Positions 38,575-51,910 of a stretch of 64,000 bases of DNA are shown here, piece by piece (position 1 is the first letter of the stretch; every line of letters starts with the position of its first letter). The translations under genes and the position numbers were made by a program. The stretch spans positions 195,178,001 through 195,242,000 of the forward strand of contig NC_086097.1 of the NCBI RefSeq assembly GCF_963921235.1, written 5' to 3'. This DNA comes from Mobula hypostoma. Lineage: Eukaryota. Under the pieces are notes generated by a model, which saw only the letters and a program-made list of their open reading frames with translations, did no database searches and was not told the DNA's origin.

Positions 38575-41500
38575 CCATAAGACCATAAGATATAGGAGCA
38601 GAATTAGGCACTCAGCCCATCAAGTCTGCTCCTCGATTCCATTATGGCCCATTCTCTTGTAATTATTGATGCCCTGACAAACCAAGAACCTGTCAATCTC
38701 TGCTCTGAACTTTTGAACCTTTTGAATATACGCAATGATTTGGCCTCCACAGCCATCAGTGGCAACGAATTCAACAAATTCAGTACCCTCTGGATAAAGT
38801 AATTCCTTTTTATCTCAGTTCTAAATGGACATTCCTCTATTCTGAGGCTGTTCCCACTGGTCCTAGGTGCCTCCAGTATAGGAAAGATCCACTCTACGTC
38901 CACCTCCAAGAAAAAGAATCTTGGGGTTGTATGTGGTGACATGTATGTACTCTGATAATAAATTTTGAACTTTGAACTCTGTCTAGGCCTTTCAATATTT
39001 GATACGTATAAGTGAGATCCCCTCCTTATTCTTCTAATCTCCAGCGAGTGCAGGCGAAGAACTATCATACACTCCTCAGTCCTAGAGTGATTCTCATGGA
39101 CCTCTTCTGGTAACTCTCCAATTCCAGCACATCTTTTCTTAGATAAGGGCTCAAAGCTGCTTACAATACTCCAAGTACTGTACAGTGCGATGCTTTATAA
39201 AGCCTCAAAATCACATCTTTGCTCTTATATTCCAGTCCTCCTGAAATAAATGCTAATATCACATTTGCCTTCCTTATAACTGACACAAACTGTAAGTTAA
39301 GCTTTAGGGAATCCTGCACAAAGACACCCAAGTCCGTTTGGACTTGTGATTTTTAAATATTTTCCCATTTAGAAAATAGTCTATGCCTTTATTCCTTCCA
39401 CCATACACTTTTCTATACCACTGTTTTGTCCAATCTCCCAATATGTCCAAGTCTTTCTGCAGACTCCCAGCTTCCTCAACATGGCTTATCCCTCCACTTA
39501 TGTTCCTATCGTCCACAAACTTGATCACTAAAAGTTCTGCAATGAAGTTGGAGGCAGAGAGTTAAGATGGCGCTAAACGGCAACTCCTTTGCTTGCATCT
39601 TCAGAAACAGCTCTATTTCCATCTTTCATATCTTTGTTTTTCCCTTTCAGGGTTCTTTTGAAGTCCCTGACCTGGAGTTACTTGCAGACTTCGGTTCTTT
39701 GCGGGAATGGGACCCGTTCTCGGGGTTTCAGGACTGGCTGTTGTTGCTCAGCACGCCAAGGGTTCGGCCTGAGAGTCTGGCTCGTGTTTGTAAGCCTAAG
39801 ATCTCGGTGCTCTGGAGACGAGCAGATCGAGGGCCAGTGTCACTGCAGGAGACTTGTGTGTCATCGGGGAGACCGGACAATCTTTCGCTGCGGTTTGTGA
39901 ATACCAGACAAAATGCGATAGTCTTTGGGGTAACTGCAAGGTCTGTGTCTTTGCTATTGCCTAGCTCACACTTGTGCTCGGTAGTTTGTGCACTTTTTTT
40001 TTGCTGGGGGAGAAGGAGGATCTTTGCTTGCTGCTGCTTACGCATGGGAAGGGGGAGCTGGGGGGTAGGATTTTGGGGTTCTCGCTTTTAACTGTCCTTC
40101 ATTTTTTGGGTACTTCTCTGTTTTTGTGGATGTTTGCAAAGAAAAAGCATTTCAGGATATATATTGTATACATTTCTCTGACATTAAAATTGGACCTTTG
40201 AACCTTTGAAATCATCAATTCCATCATTCAAATCATTGACGTATAACATTAGAAGAAGCGGTCCCAATGCCAACTCCTATGGAATACACTAGTCACCAAC
40301 AGCCAACCAGAATAGGCACTTTTTATTCCCACTGTTTGCCTTCTGCCAGTCGGTGAATCTTCTATCCATGCTAGTATCTTTTCTGTAACACCATGAGCTC
40401 TTCCCTCGTTCAGCAGCCTCATGTACAGCATCTTGTCAAAGGCCTTCTGAAAATTTGTGAACAACATCCATTGGTTTCCCCTTTGTCTATCCTGCCTGTT
40501 ATTTCCTTAAAGGTTACAACAGATTTGCCAAGCAAGATTTCCCTTAAGGGAAACAATGCTGACTTTGTACTGCACTATCACTCACCTTTAAGTACCTCAA
40601 AACCTCATCCTTAATAATGGACTCCAGCATCTTCCCAACAACTGAAGTTAGTCTAACTGCCCTATAATTTCCTTTCTTCTGCTTCCCTCCCTTCTTAAAG
40701 AGTGGAGTGATGTTCACAATTTTCCAGTCTTCTGGAACCATTCCAGAATCCAGTGATTCTTGAAAGGACAATACTAATGTCTCCACAATCGCTTCAGCTA
40801 CCTCTTTTTGTACCGTGAGATGTAGATCCAGGTGATGAATTTATCTTCAAACCTTTCAATTTCCTAAGCACCTTCTCCTTAGTAATAGCAACTACACTGA
40901 ATTCTGCTCCCTGAGACATTTAAATTTCTGGCATATTGCTAATGTCTTTCACAGTGAAGACTGGAGGAAAACATGTATATATTAAGTTTGTCTGCTATTT
41001 CTTTGTCCCTCATTACTACCTTTCCAGCTGCATTTTCCGGTGGTCAATATCTATTCTCACCTCTCCTTTACTCTTTATATATCTGGAAGACCTTTGCCCT
41101 CCTCTTTGATATTTTTGACTAGTACTTAGATTCATATTTAGTCTTTTTTTCTCTTTATGTTTGTTTTACTTGCCTTCTGTTGGGTTTTAAGAGCTTCCCA
41201 ATCCTTTCACTTCCCACTAATCAGGGCATGAAAGGATATGGGAAGAAGGCAGAAGACTGAGGCTGACAGGAAAATTGGATCAGCCATGATGAAATGGCAC
41301 AGCAGACTTGACAGGCCAAATATCCGAATTATGCTCCTATATCTTATGGCCTTATGGCCTAATCTTGGCTAAATTATATGCTGTCTTTGATTCCCCTTGT
41401 AACCCATGGTTGTGTCATCCTCCTTTTAGATGCTTTTTCGTCTTTGGGATGTATCTATCCTGCACCTTCTAAATTGCCCCCAGAAACTACAGCCATTGCT

Positions 41501-42190
41501 GTCTACTATCATCCCTGCTAGTGTCCCCTTCCAATCATCTTTGGCCAGCTCCTCTCTCATGCCTCTGTACTTCCCTTTACTCCACTGGAATACTGGTACA
41601 TCTGAATATACCTTTTTCCACTCAAATGGTAGTGTAAATTCTATCGTACTATGATCACTGCCTCCCAAGGATTCCTTTAGGTTAACTGCCTAATCAAATC
41701 TGCTTCATTACACAACATCCAGTCCAGAATTGCCATTCCCTAGTGGGCTTCACTACAAGAAGCTCAAAAAAAAACATTTTGTTGGCATTTTACAAATTCC
41801 CCCTCTTGGGATACAGCACCAACCTGATTTTCCCAATCTACCTGCATATTGAAATTCCCCTTGGCTATCATGCCCTTATTACATATCCTTTCTATTTCCC
41901 GTTGAAATTTATATCCCATATCCTGGCTATTGTTGAGGGGCCAGTATAGAACTCCCATCAGGGCCTTTTTATGCTTGCAGTTTCTTAACTCTGCCCACAA
42001 GGATTTTAGATCTTCTGTCACCTTTCTAAGGATTTAATTTCATTTTTAATCTATAGAGCCAACCCACTCCTTCTGCCTATTTGCCTTTCCTTTCAAGACA
42101 AGGTGTATCCTTGGATCCTAAGCTCCAACCTATGACCTTCTTTCAGCCACATCACAGTGATGCCCACAACTTTATGCCTGCCAAACTCTA
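38575..42190 (-). mobile_element. Old CR1 LINE (endonuclease to tail) with several inserts
   Basis: GGSDHSTIEF, PEDWKIVNITPLFKKG, FQKAFDK, KFVDD; (CTTATGGT)n tail at 38575-38590. Confidence 0.8.
39533..40210 (+). mobile_element. Non-autonomous LINE-dependent element, copy 1
   Basis: Starts near AAGATGGCG, ends (ACCTTTGA)2; shares 5' and 3' blocks with 42431-43222. Confidence 0.7.
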
Positions 42191-42430
42191 TCTGTCATGG
42201 ATCATCCAAGGTCATGTATGCTTTCAGTGTCCTAGACAATCACGTGTGCAGGATGTGTTTCCAGCTGCAGCAGCTTGAACTTGTCATTTCAGAGCTGGAG
42301 TCACTGTGATGCATCATGGATAGTATCTCGAGGAAGGTAGTCAGACAGCAGGCTAAGAGTGCAAACAGAGAGGGCCTAGGTTACTGATAGATTAATGAGG
42401 AGCAGGCAAATAGAACATAGAACATAGAAT

Positions 42431-43222
42431 ATGGAGGACAGGAGACGATGGCACCCAACGGCAACTCCTTTGCTTGCATCTTCAGAAACAGCTCTTTTTC
42501 TATCTTTAATATCTCTGTTTTTCCCATTCAGGGTTCTTTTGAAGACCCTGACCTGGAGTTACATGCTGACTTCGGTTCTTCATGGGAATGGGACCCGCTC
42601 TCGGCGTCTCACGACTGGCTGCTATTCGATACACCAAGGATGTGACCTAGAAGACTAGTGCGCCTTCAGAGTTTCAGGATTTTGTCGCTCTGGAGGTGGG
42701 CTGACTCAAGGTCAGTGCACTGTCTGGTGTGTCATAGGAGACGGCAAATCGTAAACAGTGAGCTGGCTGTGTGCCAGAGACCTGAGTTCTTTGGGCACAG
42801 AGCTCGGTAAAAGCGATGCAACAGACTTTTAACACTATAAATCAGTGAGTTGTTTTGTTATATCTCCCCTCTTGCTGTGAAGTAGAGACACCTCTTTCTC
42901 CTTATTAGGGAGAGAGAGAGCCTGTGGAATGTTGAATTACCAGGTGAATGAGTAGTCTTTGAGGTACTGCAAATTTGTGTCTTTACTGATGCTTTGCTGC
43001 TTGCCTGAGTGCCTGTTGGGGGGCGCTGATGCATTTTGCTGGTGGGGGAGAGGGGATCATTGCTTTGCTGCTGCTTACTGTGAGGCAGAGCTGGGGGGGG
43101 GCTTTGGGTTCTAACATTTAACTGTCATTTATTCTGTTTTCGTGGATGGTTGCGAAGAAAAAGAATTTCAGGATGTATATTGTATAGATTTCTCTACAGT
43201 AAATGTACCTTTGAATCATTTG
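42431..43222 (+). mobile_element. Non-autonomous LINE-dependent element, copy 2
   Basis: 5' block GATGGCACCCAACGGCAACTCCTTTGCTTGCATCTTCAGAAACAGCTC matches copy 1; sits inside a CR1 (AGAACAT)n tail. Confidence 0.7.
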
Positions 43223-43762
43223 AACATAGAAATTTACAACACATTACAGGATCTTCGTCCCACAATGTCGTGCCTACCATATAACCTACTCCAGAGACTT
43301 CCTAGAAATTCTCTACCGCATTGCCCTCTATTTTTCTAAGCTCCATGTACCTATCCAAGAGGCTATTAAAAAATCCTATTGTATCTGTTCCCACCACTAC
43401 CACCGGCAGTGCATTCCATGCACCCACCACTCTTTGTGTGAAAAACTTACCCCTGACATCCCCTCGGTACCTGTTTCCAAGCACCTTAAAACTATGCCCC
43501 CTCGTGTTAGCCATTTCAGCCCTGGGAAAAAGCCTCTGGCTATCCACACGATCAATGCCCCTCATCATCTTATACACCTCAATCAGGTCACCTCTCATCC
43601 TCTGCTCCAAAGAGAAAAGGCTAAGTTCACTCAATCTATTCTCATAAGGTACGCTCTCCAATCCCGGTAACATCCTTGTAAATCTCCTCTGCACTCTCTA
43701 TAGTATCCACATTCTTCCTGTAGTGAGGTGACCAGAACTGAACACAATACTCCAAGTGCTGT
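43223..43762 (-). mobile_element. CR1 LINE 3' fragment
   Basis: ORF 43302..43694 QRRFTRMLPGLE..RGDLIEVYK. Confidence 0.88.
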
Positions 43763-44199
43763 CTGAAAGTGTGGAGTTCTCTGAGAAAATCTTGCCTTAC
43801 TATTGGAAATTCCCTTCTGGATATCATTGGGAAAATTTTCTTGGGGGAATAGCAGTCAGAATAGGGACATGACATCAGGAGTAGCTCAATGTGAAGAATG
43901 GGATCAAGGATAGTGAGAAAACAATGGTGATTCCATGCTTAGAAACAACAACATCGCTCAAGGATGACATGTTGTATTAGAGTGAAGGAAAAACTGTTGA
44001 TGTGCTGAAGAAAGGATAAGCAGCCAGAGATCGTGATCCACATCAGCACATGCAAAATAAGAGGAAATCCTCTTGCAGACTGAGTTACGGGAACCAGGAA
44101 AGAGATTATAAATCAGGACCTCAAAGGTAGTAATGTCAGGTTACTCACAATGGCATAGACTTATCAAATACAGTAATAAAAGGGAAGGCAAATGAATAT

Positions 44200-44600
44200 G
44201 ATGAATAAACTCTTCATGGGCTTCCAGCCGGGTACAGATGTTGAATATAACCGACATTTCGATGACAATCTCCACCATTTTCTTCAGGAATGATGCCTGG
44301 GCTTGTCTAGTCCTGAAGTGAGATTAGTTGTGAAGGATGAATGGACAAGGAAATCACAGAGGGGAATGACCTCTGTGGAAATTAGAGTTGTGGGGAGGTA
44401 AAGATATGCTTACTGGTAGGATCTCTTTGGAGATGAGGGAAGTTGCAGAGGATAATGCGTTGGATGCAAAGCCTGATGGGTTGGTAGGTGAGGACAAGAG
44501 GGACCCTATCACTATTACAGCAGTAGGAAGATGCAGTGAGTGCGGATGTACGGAAAATGTAGGAGATGCATGTGATGGCAGCATTGGTGATGGTAGTAAG
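44200..44600 (-). mobile_element. Degenerate Penelope-like fragments
   Basis: 44340-44600 resembles 21230-21490; decayed hammerhead-like CUGAAGA..GAAAUGUC at 44253-44287. Confidence 0.55.
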
Positions 44601-45061
44601 GATATCAATGGTTAAGAAGGATGACCAAAAGGAAAAAGGATTACAATGGATTTCTAGTAATAAACTGGGAGCCTGGTGTAGATGTAACAGCTATTTTTGA
44701 TTCAACAGATTATGGTGTAAAATTAGTATCAATCTCGATCAACCTATGGTCAAAAAATATTGGTTGTTGTCACTATGGACCACAAGACAATATTTGCAAT
44801 ATTGAGACAGGAAACTAGAAGTGTGTACAACATGGGCAATACAGTAATCACATGAGAGATTAATCTTTGGAACCTACATGTTAAATAAGCAGTAATAAGG
44901 CTGGGGATAAGTTTAGGGAAGGTAAACAGAATTGTTTTCTAGATCAATATACTGAGGAACAAGTAAGGAAGACATTCCTTTTAAATCTCATTTAGTGTAA
45001 TAAGAAAGGATTAATTGGTGATCTCGTTTGGTTGGGTCCCTCGGTGAAGAATTAGCATAAT

Positions 45062-47285
45062 AAACAAAGTTTCTGAACTTAAAGAAGGGTAACTTTGAAG
45101 GTATGAGACGTGAACTAGCTAAGATAAACTGGCAAATGATACTTAAAGGGTTGACGGTGGATATGCATTGGCAAGCATTTAAAGATCGCATGGATGAAGT
45201 ACAACAACTGTTCATCCCAGATTGGCAAAAGAATAAACCAGGGAAGGTAGAGCACCCGTGGCTGACAAGGGAAATTAGGTTTAGTACCAATTCTAAAGAA
45301 GAAACATACAAATTAGCCAGAAAAAGCGGCACACCTGAGGACTGGGAGAAATTCAGAGTCCGGCAGAGGATGACAAAGGGCTTAATTAGGAAAGGGAAAA
45401 AAGATTATGAAAGAAAGCTGGCAGGGAACATAAAAACTGACTGTAAAAGCTTTTACAGATATGTGAAAAGAAAAAGATTGGTTAAGACAAATGTAGGTCC
45501 CTTACAGTCAGAAACAGGTGAATTGATCGTGGGGAACAAGGACATGGCAGACCAATTGAATAACTACTTTGGTTCTGTCTTCACTAAGGAGGACGTAAAT
45601 AATCTTGAGGAAATAGTAGGGGACCGAGGGTCCAGTGAGATGTAGGAACTGAGGGAACTGAGAGAAATACATGTTAGTAGGGAAGTGGTGTTAGCTAAAT
45701 TGAAGGGATTAAAGACAGATAAATCCCCAGGGCCAGATGGTCTGCATCCCAGAGTGCTTAAGGAAGTAGCCCAAGAAATAGTGGATGCATTAGTGATAGT
45801 TTTTCAAAACTCTCTAGATTCTGGATTAGTTCCTGAGGATTGGAGGGTGGCTAATGTAACCCCGCTTTTTAAAAAAGGAGGGGGAGAGAAACCGGGAAAT
45901 TATAGACTGGTTAGCCTGACTATCAAAGATGTGATAACAGCACATTTGGAAAGCAGTGAAATCATCGGACAAAGTCAGCTTGGATTTATGAAAGGAAAAT
46001 CATGTCTGACGAACCTTATAGAATTTTTTGAGGATGTAACTAGTAGAGTGGATAGGGGAGAACCAGTGGATGTGGTATATTTGGATTTTCAAAAGGCTTT
46101 TGACAAGGTCCCACACAGGAGATTAGTTTGCAAACCAGTTTGCAAAAAAGCACACGGTATTGGGGGTATGGTATTGATGTGGATAGAGAATTGGTTGGCA
46201 GACAGGAAGCAAAGAGTGGGAATAAACGGGACCTTTTCAGAATGGCAGGCAGTGACTAGTGGGGTACCGCAAGGCTCAGTGCTGGGACCCCAGTTGTTTA
46301 CAATATATATTAATGACTTAGACGAGGGAATTAAATGCAGCATCTCCAAGTTTGCGGATGACATGAAGCTGGGCGGCAGTGTTAGTTGTGAAGAGGATGC
46401 TAAGAGGATGCAGGGTAACTTGGATAGGTTAAGTGAGTGGGCAAATTCATGGCAGATGCAATTTAATGTGGATAAATGTGAGGTTATCCACTTTGGTGGC
46501 AAGAACAGGAAAACAGATTATTATCTGAATGGTGGCCGATTAGGAAAAGGGGAGGCGCAACGAGACCTGGGTGTTATTGTACACCAGTCATTGAAAGTGG
46601 GCATGCAGGTACAGCAGGCGGTGAAAAAGGTGAATGGTATGCTGGCATTCATAGCAAGAGGATTCGAGTACAGGAGCAGGGAGGTTCTACTGCAGTTGTA
46701 CAAGGCCTTGATGAGACCACACCTGGAGTATTGTGTGCAATTTTGGTCCCCTAATCTGAGGAAAGACATTCTCGTCATAGAGGGTGTACAAAGAAGGTTC
46801 ACCAGATTGATTCCCGGGATGGCAGGACTTTCATATGATGAAAGACTGGATCGACTAGGCTTATACTCGCTGGAATTTAGAAGATTGAGGGGGTATCTTA
46901 TTGAATCGTATAAAATTCTAAAGGGATTGGACAGGCTAGATGCAGGAAGATTGTTCCTGATGTTGGGGAAGTTCAGAATGAGGGGTCACAGTTTAAGGAT
47001 AAAGGGGAAGCCTTTTAGGACGGAGATGAGAAAAAACTTCTTCACACAGAGAGTGGTGAATCTGTGGAATGTTCTGCCACAGGAAACAGTTGAGGCCAGT
47101 TCATTGGCTATATTCAAGAGGGAGTTAGATATGGCCCTTGTGGCTAAAGGGATCGGGGGTATGGAGGGAAGGCTGGTACAGGGTTCTGAGTTGGATGATC
47201 AGCCATGATCATACTGAATGGCAGTGCAGGCTCGAAGGGCCAAAGGGCCTACTCCTGCACCTATTTTCTATGTTTCTATGTTTCT
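45062..47285 (+). mobile_element. Young CR1 LINE, 5'-truncated
   Basis: ORFs 45103..45645 and 45685..47208 (507 aa RT with KFADD); (TTTCTATG)n tail. Confidence 0.93.
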
Positions 47286-47429
47286 AATATGAAATAACTC
47301 CTCTAGATCAAAACAAAGAAGACAATGAAGGGTGGGGTGACTATGACAGATTGGAGAACTTCATTGAAAGGGATAATGGTGAACAGCAATGCCTTTAGGA
47401 TAAAAGTACAGGAACTTCAACTGCTATAC

Positions 47430-47822
47430 TGAATTCAGAAGAGTCGGCGGGGGCCGGGATCTCATTGAAATCTATGTTGAAAGGCCTCAATAGAATGGAT
47501 ATGGAGAGGGTGTTACAGTACCTATGGTTGGGGAGTCTAAGACTAGAGGACACAGCCTCTAGAGGGATGTCCATTTAGAATGGAGATGCGTAACTTCTTC
47601 AGCCAGATAGTGGTGTATCTGAGAAATTCATTGCCACAGACAAATATGGAGTCCAAGTCATTGGGATACTTACAACAGAGATTGATAGATTCTTGATTAG
47701 TCAGGGCATGAAGGGATGTGGGAATTTGGGGCTGAGAAATAAATGTTTCAGCCATGGTGAGATGGTGGAGCAGATTCGATGGGCCAAATGGCCTAATTCT
47801 GCTCCTATGTATTATGGTCTCT
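47430..47822 (+). mobile_element. CR1 LINE 3' fragment
   Basis: GDLIEIY.., RGHSL.., typical 3' UTR. Confidence 0.75.
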
Positions 47823-48209
47823 ACATGTTGCCATAAAACACAAAATGAAAATTGACCAAATCATGGTAACTAAAGAAGGTCTAAGGAAGATGTCACATGC
47901 CTAAAGGCTGAGACTATTTTACAGTTCCGTTTAAAAATGATCAAGAGTTTGGTTACAATAGAGTTTGTGACTAAACCTACAGGGGACAGAAGAGCTTCTT
48001 TGTAAAAAGAAAAGGATTAGTGAAGGCTGCTCAAGTATCCATTCTCAGAATGGGGAAATGTCAGAAAGCAGAACTAAAAAGTAGCAGCTTAACAAATGAA
48101 TACTTGGGTTCTTTTTCATGCAAGAAGATATAACTTCTTAAAAGTGTTAGGGATCTTAGAACTTAACAAAAGGGACAAGCTAAAGGAAATTAATAAATTG
48201 GTAAATTGA

Positions 48210-49268
48210 TAATTTGGTTCAATATTTTCATGTGTACTGAGTACAGTGAAAACTCGTCCTGCAAAGCTTTCATACAAATCGGTTCATTACATCAGTGCCT
48301 TGAGATAGTACAAGCTCAAGCAGCAACAGAATGCAGAATAAAGTATTACAGTTAAAGAGAAGTGTTTGATATCTTAAATGTATTTTGTGCTGTGTATGTT
48401 CTTTGGTACTGTTGGCCCCAGAATAAAGCTTTTTTTTTGGTTGTATTCATGTAAGTTTGAATGACAATTAAACTTGAACTTGAACAGCAGGATAGACGCT
48501 GCCGATGAGTCTGGTGGTATGTACTTTTGAGCTTTTGGAACTTCTGTCCAATGGGAGGGAGGAAAAGAAAGAATATCTGAGGTGGGTGGGTTCTTTCATT
48601 ATGTTGGCATCTTTACTGAGGCAACAAGAAGTGTAGACAGTCCATGGAGGGTAGGTTTGCTTCTGTGATATCCTAAACTGTGAGCATAACTCACTGCAGT
48701 TTTTACAGTCACAGGCAGAGCAGTTGCTTTCTACAGAGCATCAATAAAAATTGGTGAACGTCAAAGGGGACATGAGAAACTTCTTTAATCTCCTGAAAAA
48801 GTAGAGGCATCAGTGACCTTTCTGGACTATGGTGTCTTTGTGGTTGGAGTGGTGTTCACTCTAATGAAATAGAAGCTCTTAACATTCTCAACCTCAGCAT
48901 TGCTGATGTAAACAGAAGCATATGCAACTCCACCCACCCCCCCCCCACTTCCTGATATCAATGGCCAGCTCTTTTGCTTTGCTGACAGTGAAAGAAAGGT
49001 TATTGCCATGACACAATGTCACTAATCTCTGTACCTCCCTCCAGTACACTGACTCAACGTTAATTGATCGTCATATGCAAACTTGTAGATGGAATTAGAT
49101 CAGAATCTGTCTACACGGTCATGAGCGTAAAGGGAGCAGAGAGTTGAGATGCTGCCCATCCTCACTGGTTGTGGACTGCTGGTCAGGAAGGCATAGATCC
49201 AGTTCTAAAGGGAAACATTGACACCCAGGTCCAGGAGTTTGGAGATGAGTTTGCTTAGAATTATAGTG
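48210..49268 (-). mobile_element. Degenerate Rex1/Babar LINE
   Basis: Decayed similarity to 3612-5128. Confidence 0.6.
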
Positions 49269-50660
49269 CAGTGGATTCTAGTTAATTGGACCATCAGTTG
49301 ACAGGACAACTCTTGAAGAAAAATTAAATTAAGAAAATAGCCAGGATTCCCTTCATTTATTTGGGACTCTCTGCCACTTAATTGGTGCAGGACACTGTTG
49401 CCAAACAGTTTCTAATTAGTGTCAGTCTCATGCACTTTTGTGGCCAATAGACACTACTCTGTGCATAGAATAGTCAGTTATTAAATTGCATCAGTTGATT
49501 GCGTTTGTATTCAAAAAGCTGTAATTTTTGTTACTGATAATTAGTGAGAAATAATCCGTAAGACAATTCAGAACTGTTTCCTTCACTGTGTTTTCAAGCA
49601 TTTGTGCTTGGAGATACCAACGACAGCCAGGTGTGAAAGTGAAATGATTTCATTACTTAAACAGATTATGAAGCTAATGACAATTATTTTGAATGGTCCA
49701 ATGAAAATGATGGTTTGGAGGATGCACTTGAGATATATGAAGGCAGTCCATTATCTGTACTGTCTCTGCGCTGAATTTGTTCATTTACAGTCATGACAGT
49801 AACTATTAGATTTTTTTTAGATTATGAAGACATGTAGATCTCTTTCATTGTCATTTAGTAATGCATGCATTAAGAAATGATACATTATTTCCTCTGGTGT
49901 GATATCACAAAACACAGGACAGACCAAGACTGAAAAAACTGACAGAACCACATAATTATAACATATAGTTACAACAGTGCAACATTACCATAACTTGATG
50001 AAGAAGTTCATGAGCACAGTAAAAAGTTCAAAGTCTCTCAAATGTCCGACATCTCACGCAGAAGGGAAAAGGAAGAAAAACTCTCCCTGCCATGCCCGAC
50101 GACTATCCATCACTGAGTCATCCGAAAACTTCGAGCCTCCGAATCAGCTCTCTGACACCAAGTACTGAACGCCATCTCTTTCCGAATGATTTGACTTCAA
50201 TCTCGGTCGCCAACATCAGGCAAAGCCGGGGATTTTGAGGCCTTCCCTCCGGAAGATTCCCGACCGTGCAGTAACGACAGCAGCGAATGAGCATTTCAGT
50301 AATTTCTCCAGATGTTCCTCTGTGCTTTCACGTCGGTCTCCATCAAATCAGAATTGTCCGCGGCCCCTATGTAATGGATACGATATCATTTTTCACCGGA
50401 GGGCTGCGCATGCGCGGCGCGCTGCTCTCTCTCCTCCTGACTTATGAACTAATACACTGTTTTATACTACTGTACCGGCATTGGTAGTATTATAACTTGT
50501 TCTGTATTTCATTTAAATACATAAATTGTTACTCAGGTAAACTATAGTTTTCTTTAATTTTCATTGAACAATTTCCATGAAATTTCGGCTAATTGGGCAG
50601 TGGCTTAATTGTGCCAAAATGTATAGGTCCCAAAGTGTCCCAATTAAATGGAATCTCCTG
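49269..50660. mobile_element. Tigger/pogo-like non-autonomous DNA transposon
   Basis: Imperfect TIRs CAGTGGATTCTAGTTAATTGG / CCAATTAAATGGAATCTCCTG; right flank TA, left flank TG. Confidence 0.65.
49806..50440 (-). mobile_element. Young CpG-rich non-autonomous retroelement inside the DNA transposon
   Basis: GC-rich head GCAGCGCGCCGCGCATGCGC, LINE-like tail ending AATCTA-type repeats, no coding similarity recognised. Confidence 0.55.
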
Positions 50661-50674
50661 TAATTCCAAGTAAA

Positions 50675-51910
50675 ATTAGAATCAGAATTATTGTCATCGA
50701 CATAAGTCATGAGATTTGTTGTTTTGTGGCAGTAGTTACAGTGCAGGCATAACAAATAAATAAAGCTACAATATAAATGAATAAATAAATAGTACTAAAG
50801 AAGAATAGTGAAGCAGCGTTCATTCAGGAGTCTGATGGCAGAGGGGAAAATGCTGCTCCAAGGTGTGTTTAGGTCTTTGGGTTCCTGTACCTCCTCCGAG
50901 ATGATAATAAAGAGAAGACAATAGACAAGACAGTGGGTGCAGGCGTAGGCTATTCGGCCCTTCAAGCCAGCACCGCCATTCACTGTGATCATGGCTGATC
51001 AACCACAATCAGTACCCTGTTCCTGCCTTCTCCCCATATCCCTTGACTCCGCTATCATTAAGAGCTCTATCTAACTCTTTCTTGAAAGCATCCAGAGAAT
51101 TGGCCTCCACTGCCTTCTGAGGCAGAGCATTCCACAGATCCACAACTCTCTGGGTGAAAAAGTTTTTCCTCAACTCTGTTCTAAATGGCCTACCCCTTAT
51201 TCTTAAACTGTGGCCTCTGGTTCTGGACTCCCCCAACATCGGGAACATGTTTCCTGCCTCTAGTGTATTCAATCTTATCTGTTTCAATCAGATCCCCTCT
51301 CATCCTTCTAAATTCCAGTGTATTCCAGAAGAGGGCATGTCTTGAATTATAAGAGTTCTTAGTGATTCCTGACACCATGCCTTTAGAAGAGGTCCTTGAT
51401 AGGCTTGTGCCCATGACGGAGACAGCTGAGTCTATAACCCTCTGAAGCCTATTACAAGCGTCCACTCTGTTGCCTTCATACCAGGTGATGATGAAACTCA
51501 TCAGAATGCTCTCCACGGTCTCCACATACATCTGCAGAAATTAACTCGAGTCTTTGGTGAAGACTCAAACCCCTAATAAAGTATAGCCACTGCTGTGTCA
51601 TTATCATAATTGCATCAACATGTTGGGCCCAGGATAAATTTTCTGAGATGTTGACACCCAGGGACTTGAAACTGCTCACCTTTTCCACAGCTGACCCCTC
51701 AATGAGGACTGGTGTGTACTCTTCCAAATTTCCTTTTTTTGAAGTCCACCATCAGCTCTTTGGTCTTGCTAATGTTGAGTACAAGGTTATTGTTGTGATA
51801 CCACTCAAGCAGCCAATCTACCTTGCTCAAGTACACTGCCCCATTGCCATCTGAGATCCTACTAACAACTGTGGTATCTTCAGCAAATTTATAGATGGTG
51901 CTTGAACTGT
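50675..51910 (-). mobile_element. Rex1/Babar LINE with CR1 3' fragment inserted at ~50915-51320
   Basis: SSFKSLGVNISENLSW, KFAED; insert ORF 51009..51287. Confidence 0.8.

Noticed and set aside
46124..46146. In-frame 12-bp duplication in CR1 RT (VCKPVCK)
   Set aside because: Simple slippage in a dead copy
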